Positions 35,455 through 45,684 of a DNA stretch of 64,000 nt are shown here, piece by piece (the stretch's first letter is position 1; each line of letters opens with the position of its first letter). The notes under the pieces are model-generated. The model ran no database searches. It saw nothing but the letters and a program-made list of their open reading frames with translations, and was not told where the DNA came from. Source of the stretch: Spirochaetaceae bacterium (GTDB taxonomy: Bacteria > Spirochaetota > Spirochaetia > DSM-27196 > SLST01). The translations under genes were made by a program, and so were the position numbers. The stretch is from the NCBI GenBank assembly GCA_007118855.1, contig SKQU01000140.1, positions 17,289 to 81,288 of the forward strand, in the 5' to 3' direction.

Positions 35455-37911
35455 TCACACTCCCTTCCTGTAGCGGCGGACAAGATCCTCGCCCGTCTGC
35501 ACCGTGCTGACGGTATGCCCCTCAAGCGGCAGGAGCCGCTCGTGAAGCGCGTCGATGATCCACTCCTTCTGCGGGAAAAACTCCGGCTCGAGCTCAACCG
35601 CCGGCGTGATCCAGTTCCGGCTGCCGACCACCACCGGCGGTCCGTCGAGCTCGTCGAAGGCAACCTGCGTGATCTGCGAGGCGATCGTGTGCAGGTAGCT
35701 TCCGCGCTCGCACGCGTCGGAGGCGAGCAGGAGCTTCCCGGTCTTCGCCACGCTCTCGGCGATGCGCTCGATATTGAGCGGGTTGATGAAGCGCGCGTCG
35801 ATCACCTCCGCGCTCACCCCGTACCTCTCCTCGAGCTCGGCCGCGGCCTCGATCGCCACGTAGAGCGTCGCGCCGATCGTCACGATCGTCACCTCCGTGC
35901 CTTCCCGCTTGATCGAAGGCTCTCCTTCCTCGACCTCATAATACTCAGTCGGCACCCCGCCCGGGTGGAATTGCTCGCCGATGTCGTAGAGCTTCTGGCT
36001 CTCGAAGAAGATCACCGGGTCGCTTCCGCGCAGCGCCAGATTGAGCATGCCCTTCGCATCGTACGGGGTAGCCGGGAACATGACCTTGAGTCCCGGAATG
36101 TGGGCGACAAGGCTCGTCCAGTCCTGGCTGTGCTGGGCCCCGTACTTGCTGCCGACGCTGACCCGCACCACGAGCGGCATCCTGAGGACCCCCGCGCTCA
36201 TGCTCTGCCACTTGGCCGCCTGGTTGAAGATCTCATCGCCCGCGCGGCCCATGAAGTCGCAGTACATGAGCTCCACGAGCGCGCGGCCGCCGGAGAGCGC
36301 GTAGCCGACGCCGCTTCCCACGATCGCTCCCTCGCTGATTGAAGAGTTGAACAGTCGGTGGTAGGGGAGCGCTTCGGTCAGGCCCCGGTAGACGGCGAAG
36401 GCCCCGCCCCAGTCGCGGTTCTCCTCGCCCCACGCCGCGAGCGTGGGGTCTTCGTAGAAGCGGTGGATGACCGCTTCGAAGAGCGCGTCGCGGTAGGCGG
36501 TCACCTTCATCTTGGAGAGCTCCTTGCCGTCCTCGTCGAAGGCGCTGCGGCTCTTGCGCGCGATCTGCTGCACCCGCGGATTCTCCTCGAGCGGCAGGAG
36601 TACCTCGGGCTCGCGCTCCTCGAGCCGGTCGGCCGGCGCATTGCTGAACATCACCGTCTCTATGAACTCGCCCGGGGCGCGCGGCGAGAGCTCCTCGTCG
36701 ATCGCAAGCCGCAGCGCGCCTTCGATCTTCCCGATGACCCGCTCCTGCATCGCGCCGAGCTCGGCTTCGTCGATCACCTTCGCCTCGATCAGGCGCTCTG
36801 AGAAACTCCCCAGCGCGTCGGCCGCTTCCCAGAGCTGTATCTCCTCCTTCGTCCGGTAGGAGGATGCGTCGCTCGGCGAATGGCCGCTCGTGCGGTAGGT
36901 GATCGTGTCGAGGAGCACCGGGCCGCGCCCCTCGTTGAGGACCTCCTTCTTGCGGGCGATCGCGTCGGCAACCGCAAGCGGGTTGTACCCATCCACGCGC
37001 TCGGCGTGCATCATCTCCTCGTTCACCCCGGCGCCGGCGCGGGCGAGCACCTTGAAGCCCATCGTCTCGCCGTAGGTCTGGCCGCCCATCCCGTAGAAGT
37101 TGTTGATGAAGTTGAAGATGACCGGAGGGGCTCCGCCGACGTCTTTCGGCCAGAGGCTTCGGTACTGGTCCATGGCACTCATCATCATCGCTTCCCACAC
37201 CGGCCCGCATCCCATCGACGCGTCGCCGATGTTCGCGATCACGATCCCCGGCTTGCGGTTGATGCGCTTGTAGAGCGCCGAGCCGAGCGCGATGTCCGCG
37301 CTGCCGCCGACGATCGCGTTGTTCGGCATGCTGCCGAACGGCGCGAAGAAGGCGTGCATCGACCCACCGAGCCCACGGTTAAAGCCGGTCTTGCGCGCGA
37401 AGATCTCGGCGAGCGTGCCGTAGAGCACGAAGTTCTCCGCGAGATCCGTCATCCCGTCGTAGTCGTTGCGTTCGGCGACGGCGAGCACCTCGCCGTCGAG
37501 ATATCCTTTCATGACCGATTCGAGCGCACTGTCGTCGAGCCTGCTGACGGCAGAGAAGCACTTCGCGAGGATCTCGCCATGGCTGCGATGACTTCCGAAG
37601 ATGTAGTCCTCCGGCTCGAGCTCGAGGCAGGTGCCGACGGCCGTCGATTCCTGGCCGATCGACAGGTGCGCCGGACCCTTGTGCGAGTATTCGATCCCGC
37701 GGTAGGAGTTCTGCATCTTGATGTCGTTGAGCATCGTTTCGAACTCGCGGATCGTGAGCATGTCGTAGAGCACGCGCTTGAGGCGATCGGCACCGTAGCG
37801 TTTGACCTCGTCCTTGGGCGAGGCCGAGTAGGCGTTGATGGGGATCTCGCCGAGCTTCACCGAGCCGGCGCTTCGTACCTCTTTCGGGTTCACGAGTTGT
37901 GACTGGGGCAT
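35455..37911 (-). CDS. 2-oxoacid/acetoin-type dehydrogenase E1 component, fused alpha-beta subunits (TPP-dependent)
   Basis: 818 aa. The N-terminal half carries the TPP motif GDASMGCG...[11 protein letters not shown]. The C-terminal half is a transketolase-like beta subunit ([19 protein letters not shown]...PLVVRVSVG). Confidence 0.88.
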   Translation of the reverse strand: MPQSQLVNPKEVRSAGSVKLGEIPINAYSASPKDEVKRYGADRLKRVLYDMLTIREFETMLNDIKMQNSYRGIEYSHKGPAHLSIGQESTAVGTCLELEPEDYIFGSHRSHGEILAKCFSAVSRLDDSALESVMKGYLDGEVLAVAERNDYDGMTDLAENFVLYGTLAEIFARKTGFNRGLGGSMHAFFAPFGSMPNNAIVGGSADIALGSALYKRINRKPGIVIANIGDASMGCGPVWEAMMMSAMDQYRSLWPKDVGGAPPVIFNFINNFYGMGGQTYGETMGFKVLARAGAGVNEEMMHAERVDGYNPLAVADAIARKKEVLNEGRGPVLLDTITYRTSGHSPSDASSYRTKEEIQLWEAADALGSFSERLIEAKVIDEAELGAMQERVIGKIEGALRLAIDEELSPRAPGEFIETVMFSNAPADRLEEREPEVLLPLEENPRVQQIARKSRSAFDEDGKELSKMKVTAYRDALFEAVIHRFYEDPTLAAWGEENRDWGGAFAVYRGLTEALPYHRLFNSSISEGAIVGSGVGYALSGGRALVELMYCDFMGRAGDEIFNQAAKWQSMSAGVLRMPLVVRVSVGSKYGAQHSQDWTSLVAHIPGLKVMFPATPYDAKGMLNLALRGSDPVIFFESQKLYDIGEQFHPGGVPTEYYEVEEGEPSIKREGTEVTIVTIGATLYVAIEAAAELEERYGVSAEVIDARFINPLNIERIAESVAKTGKLLLASDACERGSYLHTIASQITQVAFDELDGPPVVVGSRNWITPAVELEPEFFPQKEWIIDALHERLLPLEGHTVSTVQTGEDLVRRYRKGV

Positions 37912-37927
37912 TTCTCTTCTCCTTCTC

Positions 37928-39241
37928 TTACTCTGCGAGGGTGAGGTCGATCTGCGCGATCGCGCGGGCGACCGACTGCAGGAAGCGGGCGGCCGGCGCG
38001 CCGTCGACGACCTGGTGGTCGATCGTAAGCGAGAGTCCCATCATCGGGATCGTCCCTTCGCCTTCCGGCGCCGGGCGCGGCGTGACCGCACAGATACCCA
38101 TGATCCCCACCTGCGGCGCGTTGAGCACCGGCGTGAATCGCTCGACGCCGTAGGCACCAAGGTTCGTGACGGTGAACGTCCCTCCGGACAGCTCGTCCGG
38201 GCTGACCCCGCCTTCAAGGCAGCCCTTCGCGAGCCGGTGGGCTTCCGTTGCGAGGTCGACGAGCGAGTGGCGATCCGCGGCCCGGATGACCGGCACCATG
38301 AGGCCTTTTGGCGTGTCGACGGCGAACCCCAGGTCGACCGCGTCGAAGGTCCGTATCACTCCTTCGCTGAACGTCGCGTTGAGTGACGGAAAGCGTGGCA
38401 GCACGCGGCTGATCGCGAAGAGCACGAGATCGTTGATCGAGATCTCGTTCAGGCCGACTGTATCGCCGCGCGGTTGTGCCGGATCCGCCGCCTTGAGCCG
38501 CTTGCGGTAGGCGAGGATCGCCCGCGCATCCGCCGAGCCATCCATCGTGAGCTGCGCCGTTGAGGCGATGGAGGCATGCATGCGCTCGGCGATGAGCTTG
38601 CGCACGCCCTTGATCGGCGTCTCGCTGACCGGTTGCACAGGGCCGGCCGGTCGCGCGGGACCCGCTGCCGGGCCCGCCGCCACAGCCTGCCCCGCCGCGC
38701 GGGAGGGGGCGGCCTCAATGTCTCGCACCATGATTCTTCCGCCGGGACCCGAGCCGGAGAGCGCTTCGTAGTCGACTCCCTTCGTCTCGGCGAGCTTTCG
38801 GGCTCGCGGGCTGATCTTCGCGCCTCCGCGACGGCGACGCGCTCGTGTGTCCTGCGTGGGCGTCTGCGGGGGGGCTGCGGCCTGCTCCCGGGAAGCCCGC
38901 GGCTCGCGTGCCGTCGACTCCGGAGCCGCCGCCGGTGGTTCTACCGGCGCGGGCTTCGATTCTGCCGCCTCGTCGGCCTTGCCTGCTGATTCGACCTTCT
39001 CTCCGGCTTGCCCGACAACGGCGATGGCGTCGAGCACCGGCACGTCGTCTCCGGGCGCGACGAGTTGCTCGAGCAGGACGCCCTCGGCGGTCGATTCCAC
39101 CTCCATCGTCGCCTTGTCGGTCTCCACCTCGACGAGCACGTCGCCCTTCGCAACGTGTTCGCCGGGAGCGACCTTCCACTCCACGATGATACAGCTCTCA
39201 ACGCTGTTCCCCTGCCTCGGCAGGAGTACCTCCTGTGCCAT
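37928..39241 (-). CDS. dihydrolipoamide acyltransferase (E2) with one lipoyl domain
   Basis: Lipoyl domain [16 protein letters not shown], Pro/Ala linker, subunit-binding domain [34 protein letters not shown], and catalytic [14 protein letters not shown]. Confidence 0.92.
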   Translation of the reverse strand: MAQEVLLPRQGNSVESCIIVEWKVAPGEHVAKGDVLVEVETDKATMEVESTAEGVLLEQLVAPGDDVPVLDAIAVVGQAGEKVESAGKADEAAESKPAPVEPPAAAPESTAREPRASREQAAAPPQTPTQDTRARRRRGGAKISPRARKLAETKGVDYEALSGSGPGGRIMVRDIEAAPSRAAGQAVAAGPAAGPARPAGPVQPVSETPIKGVRKLIAERMHASIASTAQLTMDGSADARAILAYRKRLKAADPAQPRGDTVGLNEISINDLVLFAISRVLPRFPSLNATFSEGVIRTFDAVDLGFAVDTPKGLMVPVIRAADRHSLVDLATEAHRLAKGCLEGGVSPDELSGGTFTVTNLGAYGVERFTPVLNAPQVGIMGICAVTPRPAPEGEGTIPMMGLSLTIDHQVVDGAPAARFLQSVARAIAQIDLTLAE

Positions 39242-40029
39242 TACCTCTCTCCTCCGGCTCGTGCCGTCTGTCCGCCGACGATCTGAAGCTCCACGCCTGC
39301 CTCCCTGATCTCATCCGCCGCGCCCGGCGGCAGCGCGTCGTCCGTGAGTACCACTGCGATCTCCTCGAGGCCGAGCACACGCGCGAATCCGGTGCGGCCG
39401 TACTTGCTGCTGTCCGCGAGCAGGATGGTCCTGTCGGCTCTTCTCGCCATCATGCGCACGATTTCCGCTCCTTCCACAAGGTGCGTCGTTGTTCCGTTCG
39501 CGGCGCTGAACCCGTCGGTGCCGACGAAGGCGAGTCTGACATGGAACCCCTCGAGCTCCGCGAGTGCGAGCGGCCCGACGAGCGATTCGGTAACCGCCTG
39601 GAAGCTTCCGCCCACGACCGTGAGTTTGAGCGCCGGGTTCGCGCGCCCGTAGGGGACGAACAGGAGCGAGTTGGTCACCACATGGACGTCGCGTCGACCA
39701 AACAGGTAGCGCCCGATCAGCGAGGTAGTGGTCCCGGCCTCGATCATGATTGCGTCGCCGTCGCCCACCATCCCGGCCGCAGCGGCTGCAATCAGTGTCT
39801 TCTGTTCCTGGTTGGCGCGCTGCCGCTCGAGTATCTCCGGGTGAAACGCCGGGCTCGCGCCGCCCCAGGTGCGCACGATCACGCCCTTGTCCGCCAGAGC
39901 GTTGAGCGTGGAGCGTACGGTCACGGTCGACACGTCGAGTCGCTTCCCGAGCTCAGTCACCGAGATGCCCTCTTCAGCCACCAGAAGGTCGAGGGCTCGT
40001 TTCTCTCGCGTGGTCAGGCTTTGAAACAC
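39241..40029 (-). CDS. DeoR-family transcriptional regulator
   Basis: ISVTELGKRLDVSTVTVRSTLNALADKGVIVRTWGG is the HTH. The DeoR C-terminal domain reads IMIEAGTTTSL...VVTNS...FVGTDG. GTG start. Its stop overlaps the E2 ATG (TAATG). Confidence 0.88.
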   Translation of the reverse strand: MFQSLTTREKRALDLLVAEEGISVTELGKRLDVSTVTVRSTLNALADKGVIVRTWGGASPAFHPEILERQRANQEQKTLIAAAAAGMVGDGDAIMIEAGTTTSLIGRYLFGRRDVHVVTNSLLFVPYGRANPALKLTVVGGSFQAVTESLVGPLALAELEGFHVRLAFVGTDGFSAANGTTTHLVEGAEIVRMMARRADRTILLADSSKYGRTGFARVLGLEEIAVVLTDDALPPGAADEIREAGVELQIVGGQTARAGGER

Positions 40030-40039
40030 TTTCCATTAC

Positions 40040-40064
40040 CTTACGAATACAGGTATATCGTAAG
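40040..40064. promoter_or_regulatory. 25-bp near-perfect palindrome upstream of the DeoR-E2-E1 operon (candidate operator)
   Basis: cttacgaatacaggtatatcgtaag: outer arms CTTACGA/TCGTAAG, inner arms ATAC/GTAT. It lies 11 nt upstream of the DeoR GTG, in an AT-rich island. Confidence 0.4.
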
Positions 40065-40120
40065 ATAATCACAAGGATTATGCAAGTCTTCCGGAGGAAG
40101 AAGTCTCGTCGCAGACAAGA

Positions 40121-40144
40121 AGGGGCGCCCCGCGGGGCGCCCCT
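40121..40144 (-). terminator. intrinsic terminator after fucI
   Basis: The palindrome aggggcgccccgcggggcgcccct forms a 10-bp GC stem with a 4-nt loop. On the minus strand it is followed by TCTTGTCT. Confidence 0.55.
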
Positions 40145-40161
40145 GGTGCCTTCATTTTGCC

Positions 40162-41976
40162 TCAGTCCTTGTACAGCGGTCCGAAATTCGCACAGGCGCG
40201 GAAGTCACTTCCTTCGAGATCCATCCCGAACGCGGCCCACGCGTGGGGTCGGTAGATCTGCTCCTCCGGGAGATTGTGCATGTAGACCGGGATGCGGAGC
40301 ATCGAGGCGAGCGAGACGAGATCCGCGCCGAAGTGTCCGTATCCGATCGCGCCGTGGTTGGCGCCCCAGTTCGCCATGACGCTGTAGACGTCGCGGAAGC
40401 GAGGGTTGTCCGCGAGGCGCGGTACGAACCAGGTCGTAGGCCAGGTGAAGTTGGTCCGCTGGTCGAGGACATCGTGGATCTCCCTCGTGAGCTCGACGGT
40501 CCAGCCTTCGGCGATCTGCAGCGCCGGACCGAGGCCCTCGATGATATTGAGCCGGCTCATCGTGACCGGCATGCCGCCACGGGTGGAATAGCGGGTCGAG
40601 TAGCCCCCGCCGCGGAAGTAGCCGGCGTCACCGGGACACCAGACGGTCGCGTCGAGGCATCTGGCCGCCTCCTGAGCGGTGATGTCCCAGAACGGCTTCA
40701 TCGCCGGCTTTCCGTCCATCTGCTGCTCGCCGGTCCCGTCGAGCGACGCCGGCCCGGAGTTGATCAGGTGGATGATGCCGTTCTCCGCGACGCCGGTGAG
40801 CTTCCTGCCGGTCACCCGTTCGACCGCCTCCGGGCTCCAGTAGGTGCGAACGTCGGCGAAGATCTGGGCGGTTCCGGTCAGCAGGTGTCCGAAGAGCATG
40901 CTCGTCGCGTTCAGGTTGTCGTTCTCAGTCGCAACAACGTACGCCTCCCGGATTCCGTTCCAGTCGAAACTCGTGTTGAGGATCGCTTCCATGAAATCGC
41001 CGTTCGGCATGAAGTCGGTCCACTGGCGCTGCCCCTGGAAGCCGGCCGCGATCGCGTTGTGGCCGTTCGCCTCCTCGCCGTATCCCATCTCAGCGAGTCT
41101 GGGATTGCCGACCATCAGGTCGCGCGCGATCAGCGTCATCTTGACGACGCTCTGCCAGTCCGCGTCCTTCTGTTCTCGGCTGCGCTGCCGGTCCTTCTCG
41201 TTGGGGTCCGGACCCTCGGGGCAGTTCTGCTTCACCCAATCGAGCGCGCGCGCATATTCGTCCTTGTCGTAGATTCCCTCGTTCATCCTGCGGATGAACT
41301 CGCTCATATCGACGTACTCGTTGCGCATCCCCAGGTACCGCTTGTAGAACGGTTCGGTCACATAGCAGCCGGCTATGCCCATTGAGACGCCGCCCATGGA
41401 CAGATAGCTCTTGCCGCGCATCGTCGCGACTGCAAGTCCGGCCCGGGCGAACCGCAGGAGCCTCTCCTGGACGTCCTGCGGGATCGACTCGTCGTCGGCA
41501 TCCTGCACGTCCCTGCCGTAGATGCCGAAGGCCGGCATGCCTTTCTGGGCGTGGCCCGCGAGCACCGCCGCGAGGTAGACGGCTCCGGGGCGTTCGGTAC
41601 CGTTGAACCCCCAGACCGCCTTCGGGATACTCGGCGTCATGTCCATCGTCTCCGACCCGTAGCACCAGCACGGGGTCACCGTGATCGACACACCGACGCC
41701 TTCGCGCTCGAACTTCTCCTGGCACGCGGCCGCCTCGGCAACACCGCCGATCGTCGTGTCCGCGATCACGACCTCGACCGGCAGCCCGCAGGCGTGCCGC
41801 AGGCGCTCCTCGAGGAAGGCCTTCGCGCTCTGCGCCATGCGCATCGTCTGGTCTTCGAGGCTCTCGCGGACCCCACCCAGACGCCCGTCGATCGTCGGTC
41901 GGATGCCGATCCTGGGGAGGTTCCCCCGCAGTCGGTTCGTCGGTTCATTCATCTTCAACTCGGTTGTATCGGCCAT
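40162..41976 (-). CDS. fucI: L-fucose isomerase
   Basis: [29 protein letters not shown]...RHACG...EAAACQEKF...[19 protein letters not shown] is collinear with E. coli FucI. SD GAAGGAG sits 5 nt before the ATG. Confidence 0.93.
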   Translation of the reverse strand: MADTTELKMNEPTNRLRGNLPRIGIRPTIDGRLGGVRESLEDQTMRMAQSAKAFLEERLRHACGLPVEVVIADTTIGGVAEAAACQEKFEREGVGVSITVTPCWCYGSETMDMTPSIPKAVWGFNGTERPGAVYLAAVLAGHAQKGMPAFGIYGRDVQDADDESIPQDVQERLLRFARAGLAVATMRGKSYLSMGGVSMGIAGCYVTEPFYKRYLGMRNEYVDMSEFIRRMNEGIYDKDEYARALDWVKQNCPEGPDPNEKDRQRSREQKDADWQSVVKMTLIARDLMVGNPRLAEMGYGEEANGHNAIAAGFQGQRQWTDFMPNGDFMEAILNTSFDWNGIREAYVVATENDNLNATSMLFGHLLTGTAQIFADVRTYWSPEAVERVTGRKLTGVAENGIIHLINSGPASLDGTGEQQMDGKPAMKPFWDITAQEAARCLDATVWCPGDAGYFRGGGYSTRYSTRGGMPVTMSRLNIIEGLGPALQIAEGWTVELTREIHDVLDQRTNFTWPTTWFVPRLADNPRFRDVYSVMANWGANHGAIGYGHFGADLVSLASMLRIPVYMHNLPEEQIYRPHAWAAFGMDLEGSDFRACANFGPLYKD

Positions 41977-42070
41977 TGTCGCTCCTTCTTTTCGTCATGC
42001 CATCATAATACCGATCCCTCTCGCTGGGAAGCTCGACAAGCCTCGAGGCTCCCATCCTTCAGGCGCTTAC

Positions 42071-42099
42071 TTGACACCCCAGATGGCAGTTGGTACCTT
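42071..42099 (+). promoter_or_regulatory. extended -10 promoter upstream of tRNA-Thr
   Basis: TTGACA at 42071-42076, a 17-nt spacer, then TGgTACCTT (hexamer at 42094-42099). The tRNA begins 12 nt downstream. 24 of 30 positions are identical to the rpsL promoter at 53544-53573. Confidence 0.6.
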
Positions 42100-42110
42100 T
42101 CGCGCTACTC

Positions 42111-42183
42111 GCCCCTGTAGCTCAGTTGGCAGAGCACATCCATGGTAAGGATGGGGTCATCGGTTCAAATCCGATCGGGGGCT
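42111..42183 (+). tRNA. tRNA-Thr (anticodon GGT)
   Basis: Hand-folded cloverleaf: acceptor GCCCCTG/CGGGGGC, D arm GCTC-AGTTGGCA-GAGC, anticodon stem CATCC/GGATG with loop ATGGTAA, T arm ATCGG-TTCAAAT-CCGAT. CCA is not encoded. Confidence 0.9.
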
Positions 42184-42219
42184 CGAGTGATGCAAGAAGT
42201 GTACCCACGGCCGCCTGTC

Positions 42220-42248
42220 TTGACTTTTTTGTGAGTCGGTCTTAGGCT
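42220..42248 (+). promoter_or_regulatory. candidate promoter of rpmG (TTGACT-N17-TAGGCT)
   Basis: TTGACT at 42220-42225 and TAGGCT at 42243-42248. Confidence 0.35.
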
Positions 42249-42284
42249 AAGGTGCGGTTTTCTACCGAAAGAAGAGGGACGGGT

Positions 42285-42461
42285 ATGGCGAAAGCAAAGA
42301 AGGGAGCGGTGGAGCTGATCGCGCTTCAATGTACGGAGTGCGACCGGCGCAACTATACGACGAAGAAGAACAGACGCAACACACAGGGCAAGCTCGAGCT
42401 GAAGAAGTATTGCTCGCACGATCGCAAGCATACCCTGCACCGCGAGACCAAAGTCAAGTAG
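42285..42461 (+). CDS. rpmG: 50S ribosomal protein L33
   Basis: [61 protein letters not shown] 42285 follows GAAGAGGGA; the GTG 42252 start in the track is unlikely. Confidence 0.93.
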   Translation: MAKAKKGAVELIALQCTECDRRNYTTKKNRRNTQGKLELKKYCSHDRKHTLHRETKVK

Positions 42462-42468
42462 TATTCTC

Positions 42469-42542
42469 AGGCCAGTAGCTCCAATTGGTAGAGCGTCGGT
42501 CTCCAAAACCGAATGTTCCAGGTTCGAATCCTGGCTGGCCTG
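42469..42542 (+). tRNA. tRNA-Trp (anticodon CCA)
   Basis: Acceptor AGGCCAG/CTGGCCT, D arm GCTC-CAATTGGTA-GAGC, anticodon stem TCGGT/ACCGA with loop CTCCAAA, T arm CCAGG-TTCGAAT-CCTGG. Confidence 0.9.
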
Positions 42543-42570
42543 CTATCCTTCGTGGCAGGAGGGGTGATGC

Positions 42571-42750
42571 ATGAAGAGAGTGATCCAGTTTTTCAAGGAC
42601 AGTTACGCCGAGCTCAGGAAGGTGCAGTGGCCTTCGCGCGAAGAGGTCGGATCCAACACGAAGGTGGTGCTCGTCTCCGTGCTCATTTTTGCCACCGTGT
42701 ACGGTATCGTGGATTTCCTGTTGCTGCAGGGCATCGAGCTGATCTTCTGA
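42571..42750 (+). CDS. secE: preprotein translocase subunit SecE
   Basis: 59 aa, below the track cutoff: MKRVIQFFKDSYAELRKVQWPSREEVGSNTKVVLVSVLIFATVYGIVDFLLLQGIELIF. SD AGGAGG. Canonical position between tRNA-Trp and nusG. The 82-aa track ORF at 42513 is in the wrong frame. Confidence 0.88.
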   Translation: MKRVIQFFKDSYAELRKVQWPSREEVGSNTKVVLVSVLIFATVYGIVDFLLLQGIELIF

Positions 42751-42770
42751 TGGCACGGTAGAGAGGCGAG

Positions 42771-43325
42771 ATGGCCAAAGGCTGGTACGTACTACACACC
42801 TATACCGGGTACGAGAACAAAATAGAGAAGACCATCAGGATCATGATGTCCGAAGGTCAGCTCGGTGAGGTCGTGAGCGACATCAAAGTGCCCGCCGAGC
42901 AGGTCGTGGAAGTCAAGGACGGCAAGAAGAAGGTAAGCAGCAAGAAGTTTCTGCCCGGGTACATCCTGCTCGAGATGGATCTGCCGGACATCGGCTGGAA
43001 GACTCCTTGTTCGTTGATCCGCCGGATCAACGGGGTGACCGGCTTCGTCGGTTCGAGCCCCGGGATGAAGCCGCAGCCGATCAGCCAGGAAGAGGCGAGG
43101 TCGATCCTGCAGAAGACCGGCGATGTGAAGGGCGAGAAGACCGCGAAGCCCAAGGAGTCGTTCGCCGTCGGCGAGAGCGTGCGGATCGTCGATGGCCCGT
43201 TTGACTCGTTCACCGGGCAGGTTGAGGAAGTCAACACGGAGAAGGGGAAGCTGCGGGTGATGGTCGGCATATTCGGCCGCGCCACGCCGGTGGAAGTCGA
43301 CTTCCTCCAGGTCGAGAAGGTTTAG
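42771..43325 (+). CDS. nusG: transcription termination/antitermination factor NusG
   Basis: WYVLHTYTGYENKIEKTI...PGYILLEM...GVTGFVG...VRIVDGPFDSFTGQVEEVN..KGKLRVMV.IFGR.TPVE (KOW). Confidence 0.95.
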   Translation: MAKGWYVLHTYTGYENKIEKTIRIMMSEGQLGEVVSDIKVPAEQVVEVKDGKKKVSSKKFLPGYILLEMDLPDIGWKTPCSLIRRINGVTGFVGSSPGMKPQPISQEEARSILQKTGDVKGEKTAKPKESFAVGESVRIVDGPFDSFTGQVEEVNTEKGKLRVMVGIFGRATPVEVDFLQVEKV

Positions 43326-43379
43326 GAGCATTGTGGGAGTCCGGTGGATCCCGGACGCCTGAACCACGAAGGAGTGTCT

Positions 43380-43811
43380 ATGGCCAAGAAGAAGGTGGCT
43401 GCAATCGTCAAGCTGCAGGTGCCCGCCGCCAAGGCGACGCCGGCCCCGCCGGTCGGTCCGGCTCTCGGACCCCATGGCGTCAGCGCGCCGCAGTTCGTGC
43501 AGCAGTTCAACGACGTGACCAGGGATATCGAGCCCGGGCTGCTCATTCCGGTCGTGATCACGGTCTACGCAGACCGGTCGTTCTCGTTCATTACGAAGAC
43601 TCCTCCGGCCGCTGTCCTGATCAAGAAGGCGATCGGCCTTGAAAAAGGGTCTCCGGAAAGCAACAAGGAGAAGGTCGGCAAGATCACCACGGCCCAGATC
43701 CGCGCCATCGCCGAGCAGAAGATGCCGGACCTCAACGCCAATGACGTGGAGGCCGCAATGAAGATCGTCGCGGGTACCGCTCGCAGCATGGGCGTCCAGG
43801 TGGAGGCGTAG
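43380..43811 (+). CDS. rplK: 50S ribosomal protein L11
   Basis: [37 protein letters not shown] 43380 follows AAGGAG. Confidence 0.96.
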   Translation: MAKKKVAAIVKLQVPAAKATPAPPVGPALGPHGVSAPQFVQQFNDVTRDIEPGLLIPVVITVYADRSFSFITKTPPAAVLIKKAIGLEKGSPESNKEKVGKITTAQIRAIAEQKMPDLNANDVEAAMKIVAGTARSMGVQVEA

Positions 43812-44495
43812 ATGAAGCGGGGCAAGAAATATCAGGAAGCGCTGGCGAAGATCGACCGGCAACGACGGTACGACCCGTTGGAGGCGATCCGTCTCGTCAA
43901 GCAGCTGTCGTTCGCGAAGTTCGATGAGACCGTCGAGCTTTCGATGAATCTCAATCTGAAGAAGAGCGCCACCGTGCGTGACACCCTCGTTCTGCCGCAT
44001 CAGTTCAGCGCCGAGAAGCGGATCCTTGTGTTCGCGAAGGGGGAGAAGGCTGAAGAGGCGCGCCAGGCCGGGGCGGCACATGTGGGCGACGACGATCTGA
44101 TCGAGAAGATCCGCGAGGGATGGCTCGATTTCGACGTCGCGGTGGCAACTCCGGACATGATGAAGGATGTAGGACGACTCGGTCCTATCCTCGGCCGACG
44201 CGGGTTGATGCCGAACCCGAAGACGCAGACCGTCACCTTCGATCTCACAGCCGCGATCGCCGAGCTGAGACAGGGGCGCGTGGAGTTCCGGTCGGATAAG
44301 ACCGGCGTCGTGCACCTGGCCGTTGGCCGGGTATCGATGGAGCCGGAGCAGATCGCCGAGAACGTCAAGTCAGTCGTGGGTGAGGTGGAGAAGCGGCGTC
44401 CGGCGGACACCAAGGGCGAGTTCGTCCAGACGGTGGCCGTCTCCTCCACGATGGGTCCGGGCGTGAAGATCGCCGTCGGCGCGGAGCAGGGGTGA
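43812..44495 (+). CDS. rplA: 50S ribosomal protein L1
   Basis: [43 protein letters not shown]... Confidence 0.96.
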   Translation: MKRGKKYQEALAKIDRQRRYDPLEAIRLVKQLSFAKFDETVELSMNLNLKKSATVRDTLVLPHQFSAEKRILVFAKGEKAEEARQAGAAHVGDDDLIEKIREGWLDFDVAVATPDMMKDVGRLGPILGRRGLMPNPKTQTVTFDLTAAIAELRQGRVEFRSDKTGVVHLAVGRVSMEPEQIAENVKSVVGEVEKRRPADTKGEFVQTVAVSSTMGPGVKIAVGAEQG

Positions 44496-44499
44496 GGTC

Positions 44500-45036
44500 A
44501 TGGCTGAACACGTAACAAAGGTGCAACAACACAAAGTCGATTCGGTCGACGCGATCAAGGCAACGCTGTCGGAGAACAAGGATTACATCTTCACCGACTA
44601 TCGAGGGCTGTCGGTGTCGCAGATCACTGTGCTGCGACAACGTCTGCGCGAGAAACACGCCGATTACAGGGTCGTGAAGAACCGGTACGCGAAGCTGGCC
44701 TTTCGGCAGCTCGAGATGCCGGACGTGTCGGACCTGCTCGTCGGGCCAACCGCACTCGCCCTGCTGAAGGACGAAGCAGGCGCGGTCGCGAAGATCCTCT
44801 TCGAGTACGCGAAGGACACCCCGGTCGAGGTGAAGGGCGCGATCGTGGACGGTCGCGTCTTCGACGGGCCGCAGACCGAGGCTTTCAGCAAGTTGCCGAC
44901 CCGGGACGAGTTGCTCGCGCAGCTCATGAGCACCATGAACGCGCCGCTGCAGAACCTGGTGTATGCGATGAACGGGGTGACTCAGAAGCTCGTTCGGGTG
45001 CTGCAGGCCGTCGCGGATCAGAAGGCGGAGCAATAG
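44500..45036 (+). CDS. rplJ: 50S ribosomal protein L10
   Basis: KVDSVDAIKATLSENKDYIFTDYRGLSVSQITVLRQRLRE...YRVVKNRYAKLA. Confidence 0.95.
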   Translation: MAEHVTKVQQHKVDSVDAIKATLSENKDYIFTDYRGLSVSQITVLRQRLREKHADYRVVKNRYAKLAFRQLEMPDVSDLLVGPTALALLKDEAGAVAKILFEYAKDTPVEVKGAIVDGRVFDGPQTEAFSKLPTRDELLAQLMSTMNAPLQNLVYAMNGVTQKLVRVLQAVADQKAEQ

Positions 45037-45141
45037 TATTCTACACCCGGTCATGGACCGGTATTGATAGAAGACGCGGCGTTAGTCTTCGTGCGAAGTG
45101 TTGCATGCTATCGCCGCGAACGAAGCAAGGAGGAAGATAAT

Positions 45142-45534
45142 ATGGCGACACTGGCGAAAGAGGACATTCTGGAAGCCGTTGCGAACATGAGCGTGCTGGA
45201 AGTCAGCGAGCTCGTGAAGGCGATGGAGGAGAAGTTCGGCGTGACGGCCGCGGCCCCTGTGGCGGTCGCGGCACCCGGAGCTGCTCCGGCGGCCGGCGCA
45301 GACGCCGGGGAAGAGGAGCAGTCGGAGTTCAACGTGATCCTCGCGAGCTTTGACGATGGCAAGAAGATTCCTGTTATCAAGGAAGTTCGCGCCATCACCG
45401 GGCTGGGGCTGAAGGAAGCGAAGGAACTCGTCGAAGCCGGAGGTAAGGCTGTTAAGGAAAGCGTATCCAAGGACGAGGCCGCCTCGATCAAGGAGAAGCT
45501 CGAGGCGGCCGGCGCCAAGGTTGAGATCAAGTAA
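45142..45534 (+). CDS. rplL: 50S ribosomal protein L7/L12
   Basis: [39 protein letters not shown]...[21 protein letters not shown]...[16 protein letters not shown] 45142 follows AAGGAGG. Confidence 0.96.
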   Translation: MATLAKEDILEAVANMSVLEVSELVKAMEEKFGVTAAAPVAVAAPGAAPAAGADAGEEEQSEFNVILASFDDGKKIPVIKEVRAITGLGLKEAKELVEAGGKAVKESVSKDEAASIKEKLEAAGAKVEIK

Positions 45535-45568
45535 GCATCGACACCGGGCTTACACAGATCATCGTACT

Positions 45569-45607
45569 CACCATTGGGGATGGGCCGGTCGTCCAGCCCC
45601 AATGGTG
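45569..45607 (+). terminator. rplL-rpoB intergenic hairpin (attenuator-like)
   Basis: An 11-bp stem (caccattgggg 45569-45579 with ccccaatggtg 45597-45607) and a 17-nt loop, followed by tcttcatct. A partial terminator occupies this position in E. coli. Confidence 0.4.
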
Positions 45608-45684
45608 TCTTCATCTCTGCGGCGTGAACGGTATGCGTCGTACCGAATGTCGTGCCGAACGCCGTACCGCACTGGGGGGGGCAT

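Noticed and set aside
42111-42542. tRNA genes as possible integration hotspots for a genomic island.
   Set aside because: No integrase, no direct repeat of a tRNA 3' end and no compositional shift nearby. The tRNA-Thr, rpmG, tRNA-Trp, secE arrangement is a conserved core layout.
45037-45141. The 105-nt rplJ-rplL spacer with a short hairpin (ccggtc/gaccgg) as a possible regulatory leader.
   Set aside because: The stem is only 6 bp. I cannot show any resemblance to the known L10-leader structure without a covariance search.
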